Positions 46,935-57,893 of a stretch of DNA of 64,000 bases are shown in pieces; positions within the stretch are counted from its first letter, which is position 1, and the number at the start of each line of letters is the position of its first letter. A program made the position numbers and the translations under genes. Origin of the DNA: Oscillospiraceae bacterium (GTDB lineage: Bacteria; Bacillota; Clostridia; UMGS1810); the NCBI GenBank assembly GCA_015068565.1, contig SVKG01000001.1, positions 2,710-66,709 on the forward strand, given 5' to 3'. The notes under the pieces were generated by a model. The model had not been told where the DNA came from. It searched no databases and worked only from the letters and a program-made list of their open reading frames with translations.

Positions 46935-47144
46935 AAAATCAGCATCCTTTTTGTGTTAAAGGGGACACTGCCCCATCTTTTTTATTGTAACATAGGGGCA
47001 AAAAAATTACAAGCGTTTTTCGACTCCTTCCGACCCCCGAAAACCGCGTAAATTGGCGGTTTGCAATAATTTTGGTAATTCCTATAAATTTTGTATGCTT
47101 TTTTTGTAAATCTCTACGAATTTAAATTTTCTTTAAAAATACTA

Positions 47145-47173
47145 TTGAAGTATCTCTCTCCCTGTTGTATAAT
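47145..47173 (+). promoter_or_regulatory. sigma-A type promoter candidate for the small P-loop gene
   Basis: TTGAAG (47145-47150), 17-nt spacer, TATAAT (47168-47173). Confidence 0.5.
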
Positions 47174-47229
47174 AAGTTTGAAAATAAGAGTACTAACTCG
47201 AAAACAGAATAATCAAGGAGGAGAGTCCA

Positions 47230-47637
47230 ATGGTTAAGTTAATCGTAGGTAAGAAAGGCAGCGGAAAAACCAAAGCAATGCTCGAAAGCGTTAATAACGC
47301 GGTAGATATAGAACACGGCAACGTAGTTTTCATCGCAAGGGAAAACAGACACACCTTTGATATCAATCACGGCGCACGTCTGGTTGGTGTGGCAGAAGGC
47401 GGTATGGCCGATTTCAGCGAGTTCAGAGGATTTATAAAAGGTATCATGTCACAGAATTATGACATCACTCACATCTACATAGATTCAATCCTCAAAATTG
47501 TTGCTGACGGCGAAGGTCTTGTTGACTTTATCAACACTCTTGACAGCATCTGCCAGGGTAATGATATCAAGTTTACCATTACCATCAGCGCCGCAAAGGA
47601 AGAGTTGCCCGAAGCAATCTACAAATTTATAGCATAA
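47230..47637 (+). CDS. small (135 aa) P-loop NTPase-like protein of unknown function
   Basis: Walker A GKKGSGKT at residues 7-14. Walker-B-like THIYIDS. Strong AAGGAGG RBS, its own promoter and its own terminator. Confidence 0.6.
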   Translation: MVKLIVGKKGSGKTKAMLESVNNAVDIEHGNVVFIARENRHTFDINHGARLVGVAEGGMADFSEFRGFIKGIMSQNYDITHIYIDSILKIVADGEGLVDFINTLDSICQGNDIKFTITISAAKEELPEAIYKFIA

Positions 47638-47656
47638 TTAAATCACATTAAATATT

Positions 47657-47687
47657 AAAAGCCCGGAAGGAATCCTTCCGGGCTTTC
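47657..47687 (+). terminator. hairpin terminator after the P-loop gene (short T-tract)
   Basis: Stem agcccggaagg (47660-47670) / ccttccgggct (47674-47684). Confidence 0.6.
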
Positions 47688-47703
47688 GTAATGCACAGGG
47701 CAG

Positions 47704-47742
47704 AAAAAAGGCTGAGGGGGGTAAAAACCACTCAGCCTTTTT
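47704..47742. terminator. bidirectional rho-independent terminator (serves the PPIase gene on the minus strand)
   Basis: Stem aggctgag (47709-47716) / ctcagcct (47731-47738), flanked by A6 and T5. Confidence 0.7.
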
Positions 47743-47748
47743 GCCTTA

Positions 47749-48873
47749 TTATTGTGCCGTTATCTTTGTGAGCAAAGCCTGTTGGATTTTGGATGCTGTA
47801 AGGTTTGCAGAAATCTCATCTGCAAGAGCACTGTCGAGGGGCATTGCTTTAATGTCTTTTATCTTTTTGATGATGTGCCAACCGTAACTGGTTTTTACGG
47901 GCTTTGAAATCTCTCCCTCTTTAAGGGCAAATGCAGCCGCCTCAAACTCGGGCACCATTTCGCCGTAAGTAAACACATAGCCCTCGGGATTTACGCTCAT
48001 ACCGGGGTCTTCGTTGTATTGTTCAATAAGTTTGTCAAAGTCTTCGCCGCCGTTGGCTTTTTTATAAACGCTGTTTGCAAGGTCCTCTTTCTCTTTGAGC
48101 TGAGTTTTGTTTTCGATTTCCTTGCCGTTGTCGTCTACTGTCTTTATAAGGATATGCTGCGCCTGAACACCCTCATAACCAAACTGATCTTGGTTCGCTT
48201 CGTAATACTCTTTTACTTCCTCTAATGTGGTCTTGAATGCATCACAAGTCATAAGTTTTTCACTGAGGTAATTTGTCTGCACATATCTCTGATACATCTC
48301 GGCGGAAAAGCCACTTGCTTTCATAGCCTCTTGGAGACCTTCCTTACCGCCGTACTGCATTTCGAGGAAAGCGATGGTGTTCTGGTACTTTCCATAAAAA
48401 TCCTCACCGAGTACGATGCCGTTTTCCAAAGCAAGTTCTTTTATTGCGTTATATTCAACAATACCTGCAATCGCCAACTGAGCGATTTCCTCGTCTGAAC
48501 GTCCGGCATTTTCTTCTTTGGCTCTTTCAACTGCCATATAACTGTTAATCTCGCCTACGGTTGCCTTGTATTTACCGTCAACAACGGTTTCCTCACCGTC
48601 AAAGGCCACTTCGTATGCATCGGAAATATACGCTACCCCGTCTGCATAGTTTACGTCCTTGCCCAGCGCCTCTGCAACGGCACGGATGGGCACGTATGTA
48701 GTGTTATTGTAGAGAAAATTATCGGCAGAGAGAGTTTCGCCGTTGATTTTAACGGTTATCTGATTTCTTACAACATCAATCTTCTCCCACAGAGCGTCTG
48801 CCATAGCAGTTACGCCTACTGTCAGTGCGCCGATTAACACGCCGACAACTAAATACTTGAAATTCTTTTTCAT
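47749..48873 (-). CDS. PrsA/SurA-like parvulin peptidyl-prolyl isomerase with an N-terminal copper-amine-oxidase-like (stalk) domain
   Basis: 374 aa with an N-terminal TM/signal. The segment ITVKINGETLS..YNNTTYVPIRAVAEALG resembles a Cu-amine-oxidase N-domain. Parvulin motif QAQHILIK...SYGWHIIKK. Confidence 0.7.
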   Translation of the reverse strand: MKKNFKYLVVGVLIGALTVGVTAMADALWEKIDVVRNQITVKINGETLSADNFLYNNTTYVPIRAVAEALGKDVNYADGVAYISDAYEVAFDGEETVVDGKYKATVGEINSYMAVERAKEENAGRSDEEIAQLAIAGIVEYNAIKELALENGIVLGEDFYGKYQNTIAFLEMQYGGKEGLQEAMKASGFSAEMYQRYVQTNYLSEKLMTCDAFKTTLEEVKEYYEANQDQFGYEGVQAQHILIKTVDDNGKEIENKTQLKEKEDLANSVYKKANGGEDFDKLIEQYNEDPGMSVNPEGYVFTYGEMVPEFEAAAFALKEGEISKPVKTSYGWHIIKKIKDIKAMPLDSALADEISANLTASKIQQALLTKITAQ

Positions 48874-48912
48874 TATAATATTCTCCTTTGTTTTTTATTT
48901 ACGGGGCATCTT

Positions 48913-50032
48913 TTATACGCTCATATCTGCGCCTGATGCCGCTGCTTTTAAATACTCGTTGATAAACCCGTCAAGGTCGCCGTCCATAACGGCTCCGATG
49001 TTGCCCACTTCAAAGCCTGTGCGGTGGTCTTTAACCATTGTATAGGGCTGGAATACATAGGAACGTATCTGGCTGCCCCACGCAATTTCCTTGTGTTCGC
49101 CTTTGATGTCGTCAATCTTTTCTTTGTGCTCTCTTTCCTTGATTTCAACAAGTTTACCGATAAGCATCTTCATAGCGGTATCTCTGTTTTTGTGCTGTGA
49201 ACGCTCGTTCTGACAGGACACAACTATACCGGTGGGGATATGTGTTATTCTTATGGCGGAGTCAGTTTTATTGATATGCTGACCGCCTGCACCACTTGCA
49301 CGGAAGGTGTCAACACGGATATCCTCGGGGTTGACCTTTATCTCGGTGTCATCTTCAATCTCGGGCATTACCTCAACAGATGCAAATGAAGTGTGACGTC
49401 TGCCGGAGGAGTCAAAGGGCGATATGCGCACAAGACGGTGCACACCTTTCTCACTCTTTAAATATCCATAGGCGTTAAGACCGCCGATAATAATGGTTAC
49501 TCCCTTAACACCCGCCTCGTCACCGGGGAGAAAGTCCACCGTTTCAAGGCTGTATCCTCTCCGCTCTGCCCAACGGGTAAACATTCTCAGCAGCATCTGT
49601 GCCCAGTCCTGCGCCTCTGTACCACCGGCACCGGCGTGGATGGTTAAGATGGCGTTGTTTTTGTCATACTCGCCCGACAGCAGGGTTTCAAGAGTCATCT
49701 CCTCAACTCTTGCCTTTATATCTTTAAGTGCTGACATCATATCCGAATCCGCTTCGGTTTCGCCCTCGTCAGCCATCATCTCGGCAAGTACAAGTGCATC
49801 TTCATAGTCACTTACAAGTGTGTTGTACTTTTCTACTTTGTTTTTAAACTCTTTGGTTCGTTGGAGAATCTTCTGGCTTTTTTCCATATCGTCCCAGAAG
49901 CCGTCCTCCGCCGCCTGAGCCTCTAATTTTTCTATCTCTGCCACTGCACCTGCAATGTCAAAGTGAATCCCTCAATTCGTCAATGCCGGGCTTAACCGCC
50001 TGAACTTCAAGTCTGTATTCATCAATCAGCAT
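48913..50032 (-). CDS. prfB: peptide chain release factor 2, expressed via a programmed +1 frameshift
   Basis: Frame 0 gives MLIDEYRLEVQAVKPGIDELRDSL then TGA (49960-49958). The +1 frame continues to 48913 with the SPF and GGQ (SGAGGQHINKT) motifs. Confidence 0.9.
49957..49975 (-). other. RF2 programmed +1 frameshift site
   Basis: Minus strand TTGAGGGATTCACTTTGAC: SD-like GAGGGA, short spacer, CTT TGA C. Confidence 0.85.
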
Positions 50033-50087
50033 TTAATCACTTCCTTTTTTAAATAAGTTTATATCAAAAGATTTTACATCTTTTAAT

Positions 50088-52832
50088 TTATTCGTTTATT
50101 CCGCAGCATTTTTTATACTTTTTACCGCTGCCGCAGGGACAGGGGTCGTTTCTGCCGGGTTTTTTGCCCTTAACAACAGGTTTTTTTGTTGCTTCGCCGC
50201 TGTTTGCATGGGATGCTGTCGTCTGTTTTACTGCCGTTTCATCGTGGCGGATTTCACGCTCTATACGTACCGCAAAGAGCAGTTTGATAACATCCTCACG
50301 GATGTTGCCCAGCATCTCCTCGTACATGTTATAGCCTTCTTCTTTGTACTCTATAACGGGGTCGCGCTGTGCATAGGCACGGAGTCCGATACCCTTGCGG
50401 AGTTGGTCCATATTGTCTATATGATCCATCCACTTGTTGTCAACCACCTGCAACAGAATTATACGCTCAACCTCGCGCATACGCTCCTCGCCAAACTCGG
50501 CTTCTTTCTCCTCGTACCGTTTCATAGCGGTATCTGTCAGGATATCGCGGAGCATATCCTTAGTCATTGCCTCCCTCTGCTCGGGGGTAAAGTCAAACGT
50601 TCCCTCGGGAGCAAATATCTTTTCGCAGAACTCTGCCATACCGGTCATATTCCACTCGTCTATATACTCTGCACTGCCGGTATAGGAATTTATAATATTA
50701 TCCACAAAACCTTCCATCATAGTCACGATGGAATCGCGGATGCTCTCGCCGTTTAAAACTTTGTTGCGCTGTGAATAGATAACATTCCTCTGCACGTTCA
50801 TAACGTCGTCGTATTGGAGAACGTGTTTTCTTATCTGGAAGTTGTTGCCCTCTACGCGTTTCTGTGCGTTTTCGATAGCACCGGAGAGCATCTTGTGCTC
50901 TATTGCCTCATCATCTCCAAGGCCGAGAGTGTTTACTACGGCTTGTAGTCTTTCGGAACCGAACAGGCGCATAAGGTCATCCTCTAACGCGATATAGAAC
51001 TTAGACTCGCCCGGGTCACCCTGACGTCCTGAACGTCCGCGAAGTTGGTTGTCAATACGTCTTGACTCGTGGCGTTCCGTACCGATGATAAAAAGTCCAC
51101 CCGCGGCAACTACTGCATCGTGTTCGTCGGCAATCTCCGCTTTGAACTTGCTCTCCAATTCCTTAAAGGTTTTACGCGCGTTTAAGATTTCCTCATCATC
51201 TGTTTCGGAAAAGCCTATTGATTCGAGTATGAGTTCGTCTGTGTAGCCGAGTTTCTTCATCTCTTTTTTTGCCATAAACTCAGCATTACCGCCAAGCATA
51301 ATATCCGTACCGCGACCTGCCATATTAGTTGCAATCGTAACGGCTCCGCTTTTACCTGCCTGTGCAACGATTTCCGCCTCTTTTTCGTGGTGCTTGGCAT
51401 TGAGCACCTGATGGGGGATTCCGCGTTTTTTGAGTAATCCGCTTAAAAGTTCGGATTTTTCTATCGTTACTGTGCCCACAAGAACAGGCTGACCTTTTCT
51501 GTGGCACTGCTCTATCATATCTATAACCGCGTTGAACTTGCCCGACTCGGTCTTGTAAACCGCATCACTATGGTCAATGCGTATCATAGGCTTATTTGTA
51601 GGGATAACCACTACATCAAGTTTGTATATACCCTGGAACTCCTCTTCCTCAGTTTCCGCAGTACCCGTCATACCCGAAAGTTTGGAGTAGAGCCTGAAAT
51701 AGTTCTGGAATGTAATTGTGGCAAGGGTCTTGCTCTCGTGCGCAATCTTAACCCCTTCTTTTGCCTCAATAGCCTGATGGAGTCCGTCACTGTAACGTCT
51801 GCCTATCATAAGTCTGCCGGTGAACTCGTCAACAATGATAACCTCACCGTCTTTTACAACGTAGTCTTTATCCCTGCGCATTACACCGTAGGCACGGATT
51901 GCCTGATTGATGTGATGGGAAAGTGTCATATTGTCAGGGTCTGAAAGGTTTTCCACACCGAAAGACTCCTCCGCTTTCTTTACGCCTGTGGCGGTAAGGG
52001 TTGCGGTATTTGCCTTTTCGTCTACTATATAGTCTGCATCAATATCGTCATCGAGTTGCTTGGAGTCCTGCTCTTTGATAACAAAGCATTTGAGTCTGCG
52101 GGCAAAACGGTCTGCCAGTGTATACAAATCCGTGGACTTGTCGCCTATACCCGATATGATAAGCGGTGTACGGGCTTCGTCAATAAGGATAGAGTCCACC
52201 TCATCAACAACGGCAAAGTTATGGCCTCTCTTCTGCACTGTCTGGTCTTTGTATTTAACCATATTGTCACGCAGATAGTCAAAGCCGAATTCGTTATTTG
52301 TACCGTAGGTTATGTCAGAGTCGTAGGCTCTCTTTCTGTCCTCGCCCTCAACCTCGTGGGTGATAAGACCTACCGTAAGACCTAAAAATCTGTGGATTTT
52401 GCCCATCTGCTCACTGTCACGTCTTGCAAGGTAGTCGTTTACGGTAACCACATGAACGCCCTTGCCGGAGAGAGCATTAAGGTAACAGGGCAGTGTTGCA
52501 ACGAGGGTCTTACCCTCACCGGTTTTCATCTCGGCAATTCTGCCCTGATGCAAAACTATACCGCCTAAAAGTTGCACGTCAAAATGGCGCATACCTAAAA
52601 CCCTCACACTTGCCTCTCTTACAACGGCAAAAGCCTCGGGCAGGATATCGTCAAGTGTTTCGCCCGATGCAAGTCTTTGTCTGAACTCGTCTGTCTTACC
52701 GCGAAGTTCAGAATCAGTCAGTTTTTGCATATCGGGTTCAAGTTCATTTATCTGCTCCACTATGGGAAGTAACCTCTTTATCTCCCGGTCACTGTACGAA
52801 CCGAAAAGTTTATTGGCAATGGATTTAAACAT
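50088..52832 (-). CDS. secA: preprotein translocase ATPase SecA
   Basis: 914 aa with DEAD-like motor motifs ([27 protein letters not shown]) and a C-terminal Zn motif [14 protein letters not shown]. Confidence 0.95.
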   Translation of the reverse strand: MFKSIANKLFGSYSDREIKRLLPIVEQINELEPDMQKLTDSELRGKTDEFRQRLASGETLDDILPEAFAVVREASVRVLGMRHFDVQLLGGIVLHQGRIAEMKTGEGKTLVATLPCYLNALSGKGVHVVTVNDYLARRDSEQMGKIHRFLGLTVGLITHEVEGEDRKRAYDSDITYGTNNEFGFDYLRDNMVKYKDQTVQKRGHNFAVVDEVDSILIDEARTPLIISGIGDKSTDLYTLADRFARRLKCFVIKEQDSKQLDDDIDADYIVDEKANTATLTATGVKKAEESFGVENLSDPDNMTLSHHINQAIRAYGVMRRDKDYVVKDGEVIIVDEFTGRLMIGRRYSDGLHQAIEAKEGVKIAHESKTLATITFQNYFRLYSKLSGMTGTAETEEEEFQGIYKLDVVVIPTNKPMIRIDHSDAVYKTESGKFNAVIDMIEQCHRKGQPVLVGTVTIEKSELLSGLLKKRGIPHQVLNAKHHEKEAEIVAQAGKSGAVTIATNMAGRGTDIMLGGNAEFMAKKEMKKLGYTDELILESIGFSETDDEEILNARKTFKELESKFKAEIADEHDAVVAAGGLFIIGTERHESRRIDNQLRGRSGRQGDPGESKFYIALEDDLMRLFGSERLQAVVNTLGLGDDEAIEHKMLSGAIENAQKRVEGNNFQIRKHVLQYDDVMNVQRNVIYSQRNKVLNGESIRDSIVTMMEGFVDNIINSYTGSAEYIDEWNMTGMAEFCEKIFAPEGTFDFTPEQREAMTKDMLRDILTDTAMKRYEEKEAEFGEERMREVERIILLQVVDNKWMDHIDNMDQLRKGIGLRAYAQRDPVIEYKEEGYNMYEEMLGNIREDVIKLLFAVRIEREIRHDETAVKQTTASHANSGEATKKPVVKGKKPGRNDPCPCGSGKKYKKCCGINE

Positions 52833-52998
52833 CCCCGCGTCATCCTCTCAAAATAATAAAAGTCATTAACAGTATACCATAGAGTTAAGGTATTTAACAA
52901 CACTTTTTTAATATGTTAACATTTTTTTAATAATAAAGGGAAAATAGTTGAAAATATCATTGTTTAATGGTATTATATACATATATTTTACGAAAGAG

Positions 52999-54543
52999 GT
53001 GAGGAGCATAATATCTAAAACGTACAGTTGTTCTCTGTCAGGGATTGACGGTGTGATTGTCACAATTGAAGCCGATTGCAGTAACGGTCTTCCCGCGGTG
53101 GAACTGGTAGGTCTGCCCGATACCGCCGTTAAGGAATCCAAAGAGCGTATCAGGTCTGCTATCAACAACAGCAATTTCGTTTTTCCACAGAAACGGCTGG
53201 TTATCAATCTTGCTCCTGCATATCTTAAAAAAGAAGGTGCATCCTTTGACCTACCCATTGCGATGGCAACTCTTGCCGCGTCGGGGCAGTTTGACACAAG
53301 ATGTTGCGAAGGATGTATATTTATAGGCGAACTCGCTCTCGACGGCACTGTCCGCAGAGTCAAAGGCGCACTGCCCATGGTGCTTGAAGCGAAAAAGAAA
53401 GGTTTTACAAAAGCAATCGTTCCGGCAGAAAACGCGGCAGAAGCCGCTGTTGTAGAGGGTATTGAAGTATACGGAGCGTCATCTCTTACACAGGTTATTG
53501 AGCATCTGACGGGAGTGGCGCTTATAGACAGAACCTCTGTTGATATTGCATCGCTTTTTGAACTTGACAGAAACCATCTGGGGGATTTTGCCGAGGTAAA
53601 AGGTCAGGATGCGGCAAAGAGGGCGCTCACCATTGCCGCAGCAGGCGGTCATAATGTGCTTATGATCGGCTCTCCCGGTGCGGGTAAGACAATGCTTGCA
53701 AAGCGGCTCCCCACAATAATGCCCGGGCTGAGTTTTGACGAGGCGCTGGAAGTGACTAAAATATATTCCATATCCGGCAAACTTCCGCCGGGGGAATCAC
53801 TGATAACAACACGGCCTTTCCGAAGTCCCCACCACACAGTGTCGGCAGTTGCCATAACAGGCGGCGGAACCAACCCCAAACCCGGTGAGATTTGCCTTGC
53901 ACACAGGGGAGTGCTGTTCCTTGATGAGTTTCCGGAATTTCGCAAAGACACCATAGACGCTATGCGCCAACCTCTTGAAGACGGCAGTTTCACCGTTTCA
54001 AGAGCAAATGCGACGGTGACGTTCCCGAGTTCTGTTATGCTGATTGCAAGTATGAACCCCTGTAAATGCGGTTACTATGGTGACAGCAGCAGAGAATGTA
54101 AATGTTCAGCCGGTGAGATTCAGCGGTATATGCACAAAATCTCCGGACCGATGCTCGACAGAATAGACATACAGATTCAGGTGCCCTCGGTTAAGTATTC
54201 AAACCTTGCATCGACAGAGCAAACCGCGTCGAGCAGCGATATGAAAGCAAAAGTCGATACTGCCCGTGCTATTGAGAAGGAGCGGTATAAAAATGAATCC
54301 TATATCACAAATTCCGACCTGGACAACAAGGGAATAGAAAAATACTGTCCTCTTGACAGCGATTCGCAAAACGTTTTGACGGACATATTTGAAAAGACAG
54401 GGCTTTCCGCAAGGGCGTACACCCGTATAATCAAGGTTGCCCGTACTATCGCCGACATAGAAGAGAGTGAGAACATCACATCGGCGCACATAGTCGAGGC
54501 AACGGGGTACAGGAGTCTTGACAAGAAATTCTGGTTTTCGTAA
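52999..54543 (+). CDS. comM: YifB/ComM family Mg-chelatase-like AAA+ ATPase
   Basis: About 514 aa with a Lon-like N-domain, Walker A GSPGAGKT and Walker B LFLDEF. The start is uncertain: GTG 52999 is chosen and there is no in-frame ATG nearby. Confidence 0.8.
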   Translation: MRSIISKTYSCSLSGIDGVIVTIEADCSNGLPAVELVGLPDTAVKESKERIRSAINNSNFVFPQKRLVINLAPAYLKKEGASFDLPIAMATLAASGQFDTRCCEGCIFIGELALDGTVRRVKGALPMVLEAKKKGFTKAIVPAENAAEAAVVEGIEVYGASSLTQVIEHLTGVALIDRTSVDIASLFELDRNHLGDFAEVKGQDAAKRALTIAAAGGHNVLMIGSPGAGKTMLAKRLPTIMPGLSFDEALEVTKIYSISGKLPPGESLITTRPFRSPHHTVSAVAITGGGTNPKPGEICLAHRGVLFLDEFPEFRKDTIDAMRQPLEDGSFTVSRANATVTFPSSVMLIASMNPCKCGYYGDSSRECKCSAGEIQRYMHKISGPMLDRIDIQIQVPSVKYSNLASTEQTASSSDMKAKVDTARAIEKERYKNESYITNSDLDNKGIEKYCPLDSDSQNVLTDIFEKTGLSARAYTRIIKVARTIADIEESENITSAHIVEATGYRSLDKKFWFS

Positions 54544-54588
54544 TTTTTTTACTATATATCAATTCACATAAATTAAGGAGATGTATCA

Positions 54589-55983
54589 ATGGAAACTTCA
54601 ATAGAAATTAAAAAACTTTTCCGCCAGACATCAGAGTATGAAAACAAACAAATCCTCGTCGGCGGTTGGGTTAAGAGTCTGCGCGCATCGAATGCTTTTG
54701 GATTTATAGAACTCAACGACGGCACGTTTTTCAAAAATCTTCAAGTGGTTTTTGAAAAGGAGTTTGTGCCAAACTATGACGAAATAGCAAAACTCAACAT
54801 AGGTTCAAGCCTTTTTGTAAGGGGTACACTGGTGCCTACCCCCGGTGCAAAACAGCCCTTTGAACTCAAAGCCTGTGAAATCACCGTAGAAGGCCCCTCT
54901 ACACCCGACTATCCGTTGCAGAACAAACGCCATTCGTTTGAGTTTCTGCGTTCCATCGCGCATCTGCGCCCCAGAGCAAACACCTTTAACGCGGTATTCC
55001 GTGTGCGCTCGGTTGCCGCTTTCGCCATCCACAAGTTTTTCCAGGAGAGAGGGTTTGTGTATGTAAACACACCCATCATCACTTCAAGCGATGCCGAGGG
55101 TGCAGGTGAGATGTTCAGAGTTACCACATTAGACCTTAACAATCTGCCCACAGCAGACGGCAAGGTTGATTTTACTCAGGACTTTTTCGGCAAAAGCACA
55201 AACCTTACCGTAAGCGGACAACTTGAAGGTGAAACCCACGCTATGGCGTTCCGAAAAATCTACACCTTTGGTCCCACCTTCCGCGCGGAGAACTCCAACA
55301 CAGCACGTCACGCCGCAGAGTTCTGGATGATTGAACCTGAGATTGCCTTTGCAGACCTTGAAGATAATATGGCACTTGCAGAGGATATGATTAAGTATGT
55401 TATAAACTACTGTCTGGAAAATGTCCCTGAGGAAATGCAGTTCTTTGGCACGTTTGTTGACAAAGGTCTGCTTGAAAGACTTGAAAACATTGTAAACAGT
55501 GATTTTGCCCACGTTACCTACACCGAGGCTGTGGAACTTCTTAAAAACAGCGGCGAAAAGTTTGACTATCCCGTTGAATGGGGTATGGACTTGCAGACAG
55601 AGCACGAGAGATACCTTACTGAAAAACTTATCAAAAAGCCCGTGTTTGTAACTGACTATCCCAAGGAAATCAAGGCTTTTTATATGAAACTTAACGACGA
55701 TAACAAGACAGTTGCCGCTATGGACCTTCTGGTTCCGGGTGTCGGCGAAATCATCGGCGGCAGTGAGAGGGAAGCGGGTTACGACAAACTCCTCTCCCGC
55801 ATAACAGAACTCGGTCTTGATCCCAAAGAATACGACTGGTACCTTGACCTGCGTAAATTCGGCGGTACACGCCACGCAGGTTACGGACTTGGTTTTGAAA
55901 GACTTATTATGTATATGACCGGTATGTCTAACATCCGCGACGTTGTGTCCTTCCCCAGAACGGTTAACAATGCCGAGTTTTAG
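54589..55983 (+). CDS. asnS: asparagine--tRNA ligase
   Basis: 464 aa. Class IIb aaRS with an OB anticodon-binding domain and motifs 1-3 (FRAE.S.T.RH..EFWM.E, GGSERE, G.GLGFERL). Confidence 0.9.
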   Translation: METSIEIKKLFRQTSEYENKQILVGGWVKSLRASNAFGFIELNDGTFFKNLQVVFEKEFVPNYDEIAKLNIGSSLFVRGTLVPTPGAKQPFELKACEITVEGPSTPDYPLQNKRHSFEFLRSIAHLRPRANTFNAVFRVRSVAAFAIHKFFQERGFVYVNTPIITSSDAEGAGEMFRVTTLDLNNLPTADGKVDFTQDFFGKSTNLTVSGQLEGETHAMAFRKIYTFGPTFRAENSNTARHAAEFWMIEPEIAFADLEDNMALAEDMIKYVINYCLENVPEEMQFFGTFVDKGLLERLENIVNSDFAHVTYTEAVELLKNSGEKFDYPVEWGMDLQTEHERYLTEKLIKKPVFVTDYPKEIKAFYMKLNDDNKTVAAMDLLVPGVGEIIGGSEREAGYDKLLSRITELGLDPKEYDWYLDLRKFGGTRHAGYGLGFERLIMYMTGMSNIRDVVSFPRTVNNAEF

Positions 55984-55998
55984 AAAGGCTGATTTTAT

Positions 55999-56862
55999 AT
56001 GAATAATCTCCACTTCGACAAAGCGGGACTCAAATATATCCTGTATCTTATACTGTCTTTTGCGGCAGTGTTTATAGCGTTCAGTTTCGGGCCGGTTATC
56101 GGCTGTGTGACAATTCTTTTGGGATTTGCCGTACTGGCGTTTCTGATGCGGGGCGACATCCTCGCCATAGTTGCAAGGTACACCTACAACAAAGACCACG
56201 GCAAGGGCTTTCTGTGGTACGAAAGGGCGCTCAAAACGGATAAGATGAAACCCGTTCACGTCCTTATATATGCGTATCTGCTTATCCGTGACGGCGTTCT
56301 TGACAAAAGCGAACAACTTATAACAAAAACACTGTTTATAGACAGGGAAAAACTCACCGACGATCTTGTGTCGGGAGCGCATATCAATCTTTCTATTATC
56401 AAGTGGAAACGCGGCAATCTTACAGAAGCCATCGAAGAGATTGAACAGGTTTACGAAAGCGGCTTCCGTTCAACCGTTATGTACGGCACACTGGGTTGCT
56501 ATTATATACTGAACGGACAGTATACAAAAGGACTGGAATTCAGTAAAGAGGCTTTTGAGTTCAACAGCAGCGATGCTATCATAAGGGATAATCTGGCGTA
56601 TAACTACTATCTTTGCGGCAACATCCGTACTGCCGCGGATATGTATGATGAACTTGTGTCGGAGAACCCCGCGTTTATAGAGCCTTATTACAACTACGGT
56701 CTTGTACTTGAAGAAAAAGGCGAGTACGAAGAGGCTATGATACATTACAAAAAAGCCCTTGAAATGCCCGTCAAGTTCCTCTCTACCGTAACACACGACG
56801 ATGTAAAAACCGCTATCGCCCGTTTAAGCGGCAAACTGGAAGCGGAAAAGGGCGGCTTTTAA
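55999..56862 (+). CDS. membrane-anchored tetratricopeptide-repeat protein
   Basis: 287 aa with two N-terminal TM helices followed by TPR-like repeats (..YNYGLVLEEKGEYEEAMIHYKKALE). Confidence 0.6.
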   Translation: MNNLHFDKAGLKYILYLILSFAAVFIAFSFGPVIGCVTILLGFAVLAFLMRGDILAIVARYTYNKDHGKGFLWYERALKTDKMKPVHVLIYAYLLIRDGVLDKSEQLITKTLFIDREKLTDDLVSGAHINLSIIKWKRGNLTEAIEEIEQVYESGFRSTVMYGTLGCYYILNGQYTKGLEFSKEAFEFNSSDAIIRDNLAYNYYLCGNIRTAADMYDELVSENPAFIEPYYNYGLVLEEKGEYEEAMIHYKKALEMPVKFLSTVTHDDVKTAIARLSGKLEAEKGGF

Positions 56863-56864
56863 AA

Positions 56865-57812
56865 ATGAAACGCGTTACCGTAAACGAAAATGACAGCGGA
56901 CAGCGTCTTGATAAGTTTCTTACTAAATTTTTAAAGACGTGTCCCCAGAGTATGATATACAAATATCTCCGTAAAAAGCGGATTAAACTCAACGGCAAAA
57001 AGTGTGAGGGCTCCGCAAGGCTCTCTGCCGGAGATGTTTTGGAACTTTATATCAACGACGAGTTTTTCGGCGAGAGGGATGCAGAGGATTCTTTTTTGAA
57101 GATAAAACCCGACCTTGACATTGTGTACGAGGACGAAAACATACTTCTCATTGACAAAAAACCCGGCATGATTGTCCACGAGGATGACAGGGAAAAGTTC
57201 AACACCCTTATATCCCACATAAAGGCGTACCTTTACACAAAAGGCGAATACGACCCGGGCAGTGAGCAGTCCTTTGCTCCTGCGCTTTGCAATCGTATTG
57301 ACCGCAACACCGGCGGTATAGTTATAGCCGCCAAAAATGCCGCCACTCTGCGCCTTGTTAACGAAAAAATCAAGTGCCGTGAGATAAAAAAGCACTACCT
57401 CTGTATGGTGCAGGGGCATGTAACCCCCCGGGAGGCGACTCTTACCTCGTATCTCCAAAAGAACGAGATGCAAAACAGAGTCTATATCAGCGACACTCCC
57501 CGACCCGGTTACAAAAAGTGCGTCACAAAATACCGTACAATCGGCAAAACTTCCGACGCTACATTTTTGGAAATCGACTTAATCACAGGCCGCACCCACC
57601 AGATAAGGGCGCAGATGGCACATATAGGCCATCCCTTAGCCGGTGACGGCAAGTACGGCACAAACGAGTTTAACAAAAAAGTCGGTCTTAAATACCAGGC
57701 GCTTTACTCTTACAGAACAGAGTTTGCATTTTCTGACGACAATATGCTCTCCTACCTCAACGGCAAGTCTTTTGAGGTGGACAAAACCCATATAACCTGG
57801 TACAGGCAGTAA
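56865..57812 (+). CDS. RluA-family pseudouridine synthase (S4 domain-containing)
   Basis: 315 aa with catalytic motif NRIDRNTGGIVIAAK and the downstream TGRTHQIRAQ motif. Confidence 0.8.
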   Translation: MKRVTVNENDSGQRLDKFLTKFLKTCPQSMIYKYLRKKRIKLNGKKCEGSARLSAGDVLELYINDEFFGERDAEDSFLKIKPDLDIVYEDENILLIDKKPGMIVHEDDREKFNTLISHIKAYLYTKGEYDPGSEQSFAPALCNRIDRNTGGIVIAAKNAATLRLVNEKIKCREIKKHYLCMVQGHVTPREATLTSYLQKNEMQNRVYISDTPRPGYKKCVTKYRTIGKTSDATFLEIDLITGRTHQIRAQMAHIGHPLAGDGKYGTNEFNKKVGLKYQALYSYRTEFAFSDDNMLSYLNGKSFEVDKTHITWYRQ

Positions 57813-57893
57813 CCCTGTCTGTCGGCTGAGTTCTGCTCCGGACAAACACAAAATGTCAGGAGCAGTTAGTATATTCCCCGGAGTTGATGATAA

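Noticed and set aside
52908-53378. 156-aa minus-strand ORF overlapping the comM 5' region and the secA-comM promoter region
   Set aside because: It overlaps the conserved N-terminal Lon-like domain of ComM on the opposite strand. It has no RBS and no motif.
54544-54588. Looked for T-box leaders upstream of asnS, and likewise upstream of the his operon and cysK
   Set aside because: The leaders are only about 35-75 nt, and no T-box or specifier architecture can fit. No conserved T-box sequence was seen.
55129-56382. 417-aa minus-strand ORF spanning the asnS 3' end, the intergenic gap and the TPR gene 5' end
   Set aside because: It is antisense to two confidently called genes. It has no recognisable domain, an odd composition (many C, F, K, V) and no start context. 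Its length alone is not evidence.
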